Shown piece by piece: positions 52,929 through 64,000 of a stretch of DNA of 64,000 nt. The position numbers and the translations under genes were made by a program. The notes under the pieces are model-generated. The model ran no database searches. It worked only from the letters and a program-made list of their open reading frames with translations, and was not told the DNA's origin. The stretch spans positions 94,116,001 to 94,180,000 of the forward strand of contig NC_042997.1 of assembly GCF_006345805.1 (NCBI RefSeq), in the 5' to 3' direction. The DNA comes from Octopus sinensis. Taxonomy: Eukaryota. How positions within the stretch are numbered: the stretch's first letter is position 1; each line of letters begins with the position of its first letter.

Positions 52929-53490
52929 TGCCCTGATGCAGTACCAGGTAGTGACTCTCATGGCTTCTCATCTTAACTTATTGGAAGTGTTATCATGTAC
53001 ATTGTTTTGTCTTGGTATAAAAGATGGGCTACAGCTGATATTCTGCTCTGTACCACAGATTTGCTTGTCACTTGTTTGACCTTGACCAGTTTAGCATGTC
53101 CCTTAGTGGCTGACGATATGTGCATTTCTGATCACGAACAGAAGTAGTGGGGGAGCATCAAAGCCATGTGTCGAGAGGAATTCATTGGGGTCTGAATAAT
53201 TCACCTCTGAAAACATGGTTGTTTAGTTCAACATCGTTAAACAACCCTTATTCAGGGACCTTTTGAGCAGGATGGACTACTCCACTTGAGGAAAGAAAAT
53301 TCTAACTAGGCCTCACCTGCAAGGTCATGCGCTATTAAGTTTGATGTGAGATCACCATGTTCTGCACATGTAGTTGAGATGCATGAGCCTATTGTACCCT
53401 TATCAAAGAGGTAGTCATGATAGGTATGCTGGGCGCCATATATTTGTACCCTAGTGTCACTTCCATTGCATGCATTGGTCTCTTTTGTTC
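52929..53490. mobile_element. About 560-bp (TAA)n-embedded element, copy 3 (diverged)
   Basis: Same ends as 21797-22348; flanked by (TAA)n. Confidence 0.85.
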
Positions 53491-53521
<31 letters not shown>

Positions 53522-53544
53522 TAATAATAATAATAATAATAATA

Positions 53545-56249
53545 CCAAGAATTTTTACAGGAAGATAGGAAAAACAGCGTTTACTGCAGGGTCTGTACCA
53601 TCAAAAGAAGAAGTGCAGAGATTTTGGAATAAAATCTGGGCAGAAGAAAAAACACACAACGAAAAGGCCCCCTGGATTGACAGAATATCTACAGAACTGG
53701 ACCCCTTAGAAGAGCAAAAGTGGGAGGGTGTCAAGGTAGAAGATATAAGATCTGCTCTCAGGAGGTCAAGCAAATGGAAGTCTCCAGGAAAGGATAAAAT
53801 TCCTAACTTCTGGCTGAATGCCTTCCCAGAGAGCCATGAACTGCTAACAGAACTGTACAATGATGTTTTGCAACACCCTAGTAGGATGCCTCCTTGGCTA
53901 GTTAATGGGTTAACATTCCTGCTTCCAAAAAGTGAAGAAACAAATGAACCAAAAAACTATAGACCCATAACCTGCTTAACAACTATGTACAAAACACTAA
54001 CATCTGTCCTGACGGAATATACCTATAGTTTTTTAACAGACAGCAGCATATTCCCTAATGAACAGAAAGGATGTAAACGTGGATCCTACGGCTGTAAAGA
54101 CCAACTACTCATCAATAAGATGATCTTAGAAGATTGTCACAAACGACACAAAAACTTATCGATAGCCTGGATAGACTATAAAAAGGCTTTTGATAGCCTA
54201 CCACATAGCTGGATTAGGAAATGCCTTGAAATGTATAAGATAGCACCAACTCTGCGAAACTTCTTGACTGTAAGTATGAGATCATGGAGAACCACACTAA
54301 CTCTGAACAGTGACAGTGAATCCCTAAATGCTGGTGATGTAAAAATTTCGTGTGGCATTTTCCAGGGTGACTCACTGTCACCACTCCTCTTTTGTTTATC
54401 CTTAATACCTCTCTCAAAGCTGCTCAATGACGCGCAGTACGGGTATAAAATGTTTGATAAAAGTATAAATCATCTCGTTTACATGGATGATTTAAAGCTT
54501 TTTGCAAAAAATGATCAACAACTCAAGGGCTTACTAGCGATAGTCAAACAATTCAGTGACGACATCAGAATGCAATTCGGCCTCGATAAATGTGCAAAGG
54601 CTACCTTTATCAAAGGAAAAATGACAGAAACATCTAACGTTAACCTTGACCAACAGAATGTCATAAAAGAACTAGACCCAGCGGAGAGCTACAAGTACCT
54701 AGGGGTAATTGAAGGGAACGGAATAAGGCATTCAGAGATGAAGGAAAGGATCAGGAGAGAATGCTATCGAAGAGTGAGAGCAATACTCAAGACAGAGCTG
54801 AATGCAAGAAACAGGATCGAAGCAATCAATGCATTAGCTATACCAGTCGTGACTTACAGTTTCAATATTGTTAACTGGTCAATTACTGAAATATGTCAGC
54901 TCGACAGAAAAATAAGGAAACTGTTGACAATGCATAGAATGCACCACCCTTAGGCAGATACAGAACGACTCTATCTGCCAAGAAAAGAGGGAGGCCGTGG
55001 TCTTTTGAAACTGGCAATAACAATGAAGATTGCTACAATTGGCCTAGACACCTACCTGAAAAACTCTGAGGACTGGATGCTAAAACTTGTCTCAAAACAT
55101 GAAAACAAGAAAGCATCATACTCAGTCACAAAACAGACAAAGGAATATCTAAGTGAATTCCGAATACAACCAATTTCGGAATTAGAGATAGATATACAAG
55201 AAACAAGCACAGAAAAAGCTAGGCGCATGAAAACCCGTGCCAAAACTGCGGCCTTAGATATTCTGAATAATAAATGGCAAGAAAAACCTCTCTATCGCAA
55301 ATACCCAAAGAGAGCGAATAATGCAGATATCGACAAAGCCCTGACCCATCAATGGCTAATGGCCTCTGGCTTAAAATCTGAAACAGAGGGGTTTATCATA
55401 GCAGCTCAAGATCAATGCCTATCAACAAGAAACTACCAGGCCAACATATTAAAGATCAGAAGCAGTCCAACGTGTCGTGTATGCAAGCAACAAAATGAAA
55501 CCATTGACCATGTGGTCTCCAAGTGCAGTCTTCTAGCGCCTACAGAGTATCTCAACAGGCACGATAGAGCTGCACAATATATTCACTGGGTAATCTGTAA
55601 AAACCTGGATTTGCCCCATGAAAAAACTGGTGGGAACACAAACCACCCCAGTGCTTGAAAATGACCACATCTCACTCCTCTGGAACTTCACCATTCAAAC
55701 TGACAGGAAGATAGATGCAAATAGGCCAGACATCATATTGAAAGACTTCAAACAAAGAACATGCCTCCTCATTGATATGACTGTCCCAATCGATATAAAC
55801 GTATCTGTCAAGACCAACCAAAAACTGAGCAAATATAAAGATCTTGAAATAGAAATCAGCAAAATGTGGAAGCTGAAGACTAAAACAATACCTGTTGTCA
55901 TAGGTGCCCTGGGAATGATAGCAAAAGGGGCTGATAGCTACCTAACTCAGATACCAGGAAACCCAAAAATGGCAGAAGTTCAAAAGATAGTGCTCATGGG
56001 AACTGCTCATATCCTACGCAAAATACACTCTATGTAATCTCAAGGTTTAAAACAAACATAATTTTCGGTTTAAAAAAAATCAAAAAAAACCCAACTTTTT
56101 TTTAGACATTCATTAGTACAACATCCCCCCCCCAATATATGGCACACTAGGCATAACAACAACATGAACTTCCAACCCTGTTGTCTCTTGAGGTCTCTGG
56201 GTGAGACTTGGAGCCAACTTGTACAAATATAAAGCAAAAGTCAAACATA

Positions 56250-56251
<2 letters not shown>
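53545..56251 (+). mobile_element. Young 5'-truncated R4/Dong-clade LINE in (TAA)n
   Basis: RT, CCHC finger and RLE in one near-continuous frame; about 215-bp 3'UTR; (TAA)n on both sides. Confidence 0.95.
53547..56037 (+). pseudogene. RT-CCHC-restriction-like endonuclease ORF (one stop, one frameshift)
   Basis: KSPGKDKI, YRPITCL, WIDYKKAFDS, GIFQGDSLSPLLF, YMDDLKL, YKYLG, CRVCKQQNETIDHVVSKC, RHD, RPDII..IDMTVP..KLSKY. TAG at 54951; frameshift in the A-run near 55621. Confidence 0.93.
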
Positions 56252-56308
<57 letters not shown>

Positions 56309-57097
56309 TAATAATAATAATAATAATATAGTGTTACTACCTGAGCAACCCTGTAGATGAAAATACCGGCAATGTGTGTATGATCAATGGAGAGAAAGAG
56401 GATTGTTTCAGCTCACGGAAAAGAGATTATGTGATCAAGCTAGACCATTAAAAAATTCGTTTGTTCACAGAAGTAGTGCTCGAAGCAATCAAAGGAGGGT
56501 ATTGGAAAACAGCAGCAGAGGAAACGATGGAAATATAGTTCTTACTCATACAAGTAATCTAGTAGTAGAAAACAGAGGTGAGATCTCTAATAAATCACGG
56601 GAAAGGAAAGTGACAGCTTGCTCGATGAGTGACATATAAATGGTTTGGAAGAAGACAATAAACTAATGGTGACATGACAGATGGACAAAAAGGCAATCTA
56701 AGACAGAATAAAGGCAAGGCTACCGGAGAATGATAGCGACATTATTTTCAACCTTAAAAAGGTTGATTGGAGGAAAATTAAATCAAGAAACGAAAATTAT
56801 GAAATACATCAGAACAAAAAACATCACAGCGACAAATAATTTGATCAAGACACTAAGTATTGTTGTAGCAGAAAATGTGGGTGTTGATGTCAAGAAAAAA
56901 TATAATGGCAGTGACAAAAGAATAGATCCATGGTGGAAAAGAAGAATACAGGCGGGGTTAGATATGCTCTCGAAGGACATTTCTGTTAGACCGAATAGAG
57001 TAGGTGGAGCTTAGAAGCGAACAAAAATACAGGTCACTGAACAGGAAGTATGATATTGAAAGAAAGGGCCTGAAAATGGCAATGGAAGAACTGAAAC

Positions 57098-58927
57098 GGT
57101 GTCCGGTCAATTCGTGGATGGCAATTTGTCATCGTTTAATTTGTCTTCAGTCAATTCGTGGTTGGTCAATTCGTCCCCAGGTTAATTTGGCGTCAGTTAA
57201 TTAGTCGAGATCATAGAGAAAAAAAAAAGGAAGAACGAATACCTGAATTTAAAAAAACACCTTTATTTTAAGGTTTTCTGTATTATATATTTATTTTATC
57301 TTAAAATTTAAGATTGTGTGCAATTGCTTTTAGGAAAAAATCTTTGGCTTGGATCATATTATTCCATGTCATTTTTATACACAGGTTCATATCTCTGTAT
57401 TTTTACTTTTGGCTTGGTTCTTCTTGCATAAACGTATGCAATTTGGTACTGGCAAAACTTTCTACACACTTAATCACATCAGTAAGTTCCCAAATATTTG
57501 GATGACTAATATTCACTGTGTTTTTCAGCGTGCTTTGGTAAGCTTCATGCATCAATCCCAAACATTCAATATAGGTAATGGAAATGGAGGTTCAAGGCGT
57601 CGCCTCCTCTGTCCTCTTCCTCTAGGTGGTTCTCTACAACTATTTTCAAAATAGGATACAGTTGACAGTGGAATATCATCATCATCTACAAGCTGTTCAT
57701 ATCCATCTACAACATCATCAACCGGCAGGAAGGCAAAGGCAATAAAATACCACATTTTAATACTAAAACTGTCATCGTGATATCTGAATTTTAGTCCTTT
57801 TGCACAACATGCTTGAACACATTTTGTCTTAAATGAAACAAGTAGCATGCCAAATTCGACCAGGAAACGTTTTCAGAAATCTGTTATGGGCTGCTTTTTC
57901 GAAATCCATAATTATATTACCAGGTCCCTCATTCTGCAGTAATCTAAGTAATCTATTTATTTTGGTAAAATGTCTACAATATGTCTTATCAATTTGAATG
58001 TGAAGTATATATAACAGAAAAAATATATTGGAACAGCAGTTAAATGGTCCATATGCCGCCCAGTTCTTGTGCTGTTTTAACTGTCGAAGTGCTTCGTCAC
58101 TTGCAAATATTAGTATTCGTTTTGAATCTTCCATCCCATTGTCATACTGTAAAAACGTTTTATCATTGTCAAGGTAGGGATGGAAAACCCAACATTCACT
58201 TGAAATGGAAAACTCAACATTTGTAAGTGGGGTGGCAGGATAGTTGGAACCATCTTGCCTCCAACGTCTAATATTCCTATTAAGCTGTCTAAACGGAGGT
58301 ATTTGCTACACTGTTCAGTCGTTTAAATTCTGAACTTCACTAGCGATAATTGAGCGAGGGGCATCACGAGATAAAATAGACTTTACTTTAATATTTGAAG
58401 CTATTATCCTTGTATTTACCTCTGCAGCAGTTGAAGCGTAATTATGGATCCCAATCTTCTTAAGCTCTTTATAATTTTCATCTGTATGAAGTCTCACCTT
58501 GCACACACGATTTTCGTATCTCCAGTATATCTTCAATTCATCTGCATTCAGTTAAGCTTTTGTGTATATATAATTTTCATGATCGACCACTTTGATTTTT
58601 CCTTTCTCTGAAGTTAAGATCTTGCAGGTAGTCATGTTGATGGATAGGCGTATTGAATAAATTTAATTCGATTTGCTTGAAAATCTTTGTTCGTAAACTA
58701 TTTAGCGCAGATACTTAAGAGAGAGAAAGGGAGAGAGAGAGAGAGGGGTTAAAGAAAGGAAAAATATCTAAAAATGTTCAACGTCAATTTTAAATCTCAA
58801 TTGATTGTTCTAAACTTGCCCTCGAAAATTACATTAGAAGTATTTTGGGATGAATTGGCCACCAATGAATTGACCTGGGACGAATTGGTCAACAACGAAT
58901 TGACCGGGGACGAATTGTCCTGGCACC
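57098..58927 (-). mobile_element. Mutator-like (FLYWCH/Phantom-type) DNA transposon
   Basis: Perfect 9-bp TSD AACTGAAAC (57089-57097, 58928-58936); GGTG termini with 15-bp subterminal repeats (ggtcaattcgtcccc-like). Confidence 0.92.
57301..58635 (-). pseudogene. FLYWCH + MULE transposase pseudogene
   Basis: SEKGKIKVVDHENYIY..IYWRYENRVCKVRLHT..HNY, RILIFAS..WAAYGPF, IIMDFEKAA..FP, AFAFLPVDDV, YFENS, FLKAIAHNL. Confidence 0.88.
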
Positions 58928-60680
58928 AACTGAAACAGCACCTCATTGCAAAGAAGGTAAAGATGGTAAGATACGACCAAAGAATGAAGGGATACCAGCA
59001 GAATAGGTTACTCAGAGTAGATCAGAAGAGATTCTACGAAGAAATAACTGGAGAGTGTACAGATAAAAAGTTGATGCCAGATAACATTGAAAGTCAAAGT
59101 TTTGACAAAATAGTACAAGAACGATGCTGAATGGTTGCAAGAACTGAAACAAAGAACTGAAACAAACAGTAGCCTGTCCGCAACAGGCAGAACTAGTCAT
59201 TTCATTTAGGGAAGTGAAGGAAATCAGCAAGAAAGCTGGGCAACTGGAAGGTTTCGGGATCAGATGGCATTCAAGGTTACTGGATGAAAAGATTTGGTGA
59301 ATGTCATGCACGAATAGCTGCACAACTCAACATCTTGTTAAATGCCGACCAAGTAACATCAGAGTGGTTGACAATGGGTAGGACAGTGCTGTGATTGAAA
59401 ATCATCGAAAAAGGCAATACGGTAGACGATTACAGGCCGATATCCTGCTTGCCACTTGTGTGGAAATTATTGACTGGAATAGTCGCAGAGTCAATGTAAG
59501 GACATCTAGAAAAAGAAGCCCTGTTACATGAGCAGAAGGGGTGTAAGCGTAAGTACAGAAGTACAAGGGATCAAATCCTGGTAGACAAAACTGTACTTAG
59601 AAACTGTAAGAGGAGGAAAACTAACTTAGCCATGTCATTGATCGATTATCATAAGGCATACGATATGATTCCGCATACTTGGACTATGGAATGTATGAAC
59701 CTATTTGGAATTGCATTGAATGTTGAGCGATTGCTACGGAACTGACAGCATATGGAAGAAGTTTTGGGACGGTAGAATCTAGGAGAGGTATCTTCCAAGG
59801 GGTCTGCCTGTCCCCACTGATCTTTGTACTGTGCATGATATCACTACCACTGATTCTGAGGAAAGCAAAGGCTGGGTATGTATTCAAGAGCCACCAACAA
59901 AAAGTCAACCATTTGTTATGGATGACATCACCTTTATGGTAAAGATGAATCCCAAGTCAGTTCCCTCGTTGATACGGTGTATATTTTCAGTGCTGATATC
60001 AGAATGGAGTTCGGAAAAAAAGTGTGTGGTATGTTAGTCTTGAAGAGAGGGAAACTAAAATGTAATGGACGGGCTAGCGATACCGTCGGGGGAGGTTATG
60101 AAGCAGGTAGGAGATACGGGCTATAAGTACTTGGGGATATTGGAAATGGATAACGTGATGGAGAAAGAAATGACAGAGAAATGTAAGGTGGAGTACTTGC
60201 GCAGACTGAAATTGATCCTTAAGTTGAAATTAAATGGATGAAATAAGATTAAAGCTATCAACACCTGGGTGATTTCACTCCTTAGATATGGAGCAGGGGT
60301 AATCGCATGGACAGTAGACGAACTAAACGATTTAGACAGAAAGACAAGGAAGTTGCTGACTAGATATGAGATACTCCACCCAAAAAGTGACACAGATAGT
60401 CTGTAAGTACCAAGAAAAAGAGGGGGAAGAGGACTGATTAGATGCTAACACAGCATTAGAGCAGAAAAAACAACATAGCATGGAAGTAAGCAGGACAGGT
60501 TTGTGAATGGAGGAAGATTACAAAGATAAAGCACTGTACAAGAACTTGAGAATGAATGAAACTGAAAATAGGTGGATAAAGAAAAGAATGCATGGACAAT
60601 TTCATAGGGATGTTGAAGATAAGACAGAGAAAAAACGATGGCTATGGATGACTAAAATTGATTTAAAACCGGAAACGGCA

Positions 60681-60976
60681 TCACTTTTATATTACCCGCT
60701 CGCATTCCATGCATTCTTGCCATTTCCACTTTCAATTCAGAGTACTTGGTGATTTTTTTCAACCTCCTTACTCACAATATTCATGTCATTTGGTATGGCT
60801 ACATCAAAGATCTGACATTGATGACACTATCCGACCGAATGTGTTCGATTACACGATCCATCTGAAAATAATATAGTCCCAGAGTATCATTATTTTTCCA
60901 TCCTCCTGCATAACTTTACTTGGTACGTGCTCATACCAGTTCTCTGTTACTTCATATTGGTATTTGCGGCATAAGA
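60681..60976 (-). pseudogene. Inverted R4-type RLE fragment
   Basis: Reverse complement: LCRKYQYEVTENWYEHVPSKV..ILWDY..IFDVAIPNDMNIVSKEVEK..KYSELKVEMARM. Confidence 0.8.
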
Positions 60977-62187
60977 ACCAATGAAGATACACACACACAC
61001 TTTTTTTATATTTATGTAAATAGAATGAGAAAAGAAAAGGGAGAAAAAGACAAATCGAGAGAAAATGGCTTGTCTGATCGGTCTCGAGCGAGGCCTTTTA
61101 CCTCGATTTGTCTCTCTCGATGTAGCAAGCTTAGTCTTGAAAAAATAAGCTGTGGATTTTTTAGCGATAGAAAAGAAAGTTTCAGAGAAAAGTTTGCTAA
61201 AAAAAAAATATTGATATTCAATATTTAGAAAATAATAATTTCTTCTCCTTTGGTTAATTGTTTTAAACCTGTTAACTGCCCAATAAATAATTTGTCTTTC
61301 AAAATTCATTGTTTATCATGAAAATCATTTTTGCAATATCTAAGTGTTTTTATTATATTAAGTTGATTGAAAATTCTTTTAAGACTTAATCAATTGTTAT
61401 ATATTTTCAAAAGATGTATGAAGTTTAAAACCTAACAATATGAGAAAATATAAAAATTTTATAAAAATAGAACATGCGCAAACTTATATTCAGAGTAATG
61501 ATGACTGAGATCTTCGAATTTCAGAGAATTTAAACATATCATTTCATTGGAATTCTATTCTAAAACAATGGTCTTGACCTATTGTCTCCTCGATCCGAGA
61601 AGTTACAATTTTCATCAGAATATTGAAAAATGCTTAATATTTAATATAGGATACCATTGTGACGTTTTGAGTGTAGGATACCATTCAATGTTTCTTTGTA
61701 GCAATAAGTCTAAAGCATTGTCGAAATATTTCCGAATACCAAGCGGTTGAACAAAGGACAGATTTCTAGTATATTATTATGTAGTTTATGAAAAACAAAA
61801 TTACGTTTATATATTTGTTTTGCAAGATTTTTGATGTGAAATCGTGTGTTGAAACAGATATTGTTGTATTTAGGAATGGTCATTTTGCCAATTTCGCCAA
61901 TAAAAACACACGCACTATATATTTGGTGTTACTTTGCATCAGCGTTATTTATTTTTTACATTAATCTTAATCTTATTTCGGCCAGAGTTCTTTCGTCACA
62001 CTCCTGTGACCGCATCAGTGGTCCTTTGCTTTCTTCTTTCTTATTTGTGTGTCTCTCCTTACTAACGCTCAGCCATTTTGTATTTTGCATTTCTATTGTA
62101 TGTGTCTTCATTTGCGCATGCGTATAAATCTATGTGTGTCTATGTTTAGTTAGTGTGTGTGTGGGGGGAGTGTCTGTAATGTTTGTA

Positions 62188-62634
62188 TCCCAATACGCAA
62201 CTGGTGCTTAATTTATCGACCCTGAAAGGATGAAAGGCAAAGTCGACCTCGGCGGAATTTGAACTCAGAACGTAAAGACAGACGAAATACCTATTTCTTT
62301 ACTACCCACAAGGGGCTAAACACAGAATGGACAAACAAGGACAGACAAACGGATTAAGTCGATTATATCGTCCCCAGTCCGTAACTGGTACTTATTTAAT
62401 CGACTCCGAAAGTATGAAAGGCAAAGTAACCTCGGCGGAATTTGAACTCAGAATGTAGCGGCAGACGAAATACCTATTTCTTTACTACCCACAAGGGGCT
62501 AAATACAGAGAGGACAAACAAGGACAGACAAACGGATAAAGTCGATTACATCGACCCCAGTGGGTAATTCAGAACGTAGCCGGAGACGAAATACAGCTAG
62601 GCATTTCGCACGGCGTACTAACGTTTCTGCCAGC
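62188..62634 (-). mobile_element. Tandemly expanded SINE family B running into the assembly gap
   Basis: About 180-bp unit (actggta..aaaggcaaagt..gaatttgaactcagaa..gacgaaatacctatttctttactacccacaaggggctaaa..) repeated about 2.5 times. Confidence 0.85.
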
Positions 62635-62734
62635 NNNNNNNNNNNNNNNNNNNNNNNNNNNNNNNNNNNNNNNNNNNNNNNNNNNNNNNNNNNNNNNNNN
62701 NNNNNNNNNNNNNNNNNNNNNNNNNNNNNNNNNN
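62635..62734. other. Assembly gap (100 N)
   Basis: Run of n. Confidence 1.
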
Positions 62735-63488
62735 ATATGTAAGTATATGAATATATGTATATATATTCCGCACACATATATATGTTTGGATTTGTATGTG
62801 TGTATAGATGTATACAAATTTATATGTGGCTTCTGGAGTATGACTGTCTTTACGACATAGTAAACAGCGGCGAGCGGTCGTGCGATCACAAAGCCGGAGA
62901 TAATGCAAAAAAAAAAAACAAAAACGAAAGAAATAAACAAAAACTAAAAAATAAAATCTATGAAAGAAGACACCAATGAAATGATGCAATCAAATTTCGA
63001 ATCAGTTATGGAGCCCCGCTCAGAGCACCACAAACAGCCTAAAAAAAAAGAAAATGACAAATACAGATAAAGCTGATGGTGATATAAAAAGTGTAATTAT
63101 AAATATATGTCTGTCTAAGTGCGTCCATGTTTTAAGCTGTGTTAGATATATCTACAAGTTACAAACAGAAAATGTATTATTACACAAAAATATGTATAAC
63201 TGTATTTGTCCGTTCATCAGTTGAAAAGCATAACGTACTTACATTTATAGACGCACATCAGCACGTCCATAAAACACGCACACATATACATACATGGACA
63301 TACATAGACACATGCTCACATACATATGTACGTATAGAGAGAAGCCTTTCATACGTGCACAGTTAATTATAAAATTGATTTAATTAGGCGAATGCAATAA
63401 TTAAATTACATTGTACTTCTAGATATATGTATTCATGAATGTGTGTACACAAACTCACACATGCACACACATATGCACTTATGTATGT

Positions 63489-63533
<45 letters not shown>

Positions 63534-64000
63534 AAAAACAGGCTTTCGTTGAAAGGATTTTCTTTACATTGTGGAGTTGTAGTGAAAAAATATATAATAA
63601 AAAGAGGAAATGCATATATATGTAATATAATATATATATATATATATATATAATATATATATATCTCATCCATAATCCATCCATCCATCCATCCATCCAT
63701 CCACACACACACACACATACACACACACACACCTATATATATAAGGAAAATAACACAAGGTAGAAAATGTTGAAATAATTTTATCATGAAATACATTTTG
63801 TGACGGTTAGTACTGTTCTCAGTCTTTTCGATTTATTCAATTAAGCGTAAAACAAAGGTGGATACTAATCAAGAAAAAAAGAAATTAAATTGAAGAAAAA
63901 AATTAAATGAACTGTTTTGCAAATATTTCCATAGTCTTGATATATGTAAGACATTTTCTTTTTTTCTATCTCCCTCTCTTTTCCTTTGTGAAGCCTCGAT

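Larger units (their letters stand above)
56329..60680 (+). mobile_element. Older, degenerate R4/Dong-clade LINE interrupted by a MULE
   Basis: N-terminal [73 protein letters not shown]; many stops. Confidence 0.9.

Overview
AT-rich, microsatellite-saturated eukaryotic DNA with no recognisable host protein-coding exon, rRNA, tRNA gene or CRISPR array. The SINE families and repeat landscape point to an Octopus-type (coleoid cephalopod) intergenic or intronic region; this is inference from recognition, not a search. Almost all ORF-track entries are simple-repeat translations. The real coding remnants are transposon-derived: four Tc1/mariner-family elements, a FLYWCH/MULE element with a 9-bp TSD nested in an R4/Dong LINE, several R4/Dong (RT+RLE) LINEs in (TAA)n, a CR1-type LINE, a Tx1-like ORF1 and Penelope RT/GIY-YIG fragments. 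The main signal invisible to the ORF track is about 14 type I hammerhead ribozyme (HHR) motifs, intact to degenerate, from several unrelated families. They sit in mostly non-coding, (TA)n-flanked elements with direct and inverted terminal repeats, the architecture of Penelope pLTRs and retrozymes. Two HHRs carry the compensatory U3-A8 core, and several have an unusual Y-U pair closing stem II. Folds and coordinates were read by eye; some inverted duplications could be long-read assembly artefacts. There is a 100-N gap at 62635-62734.
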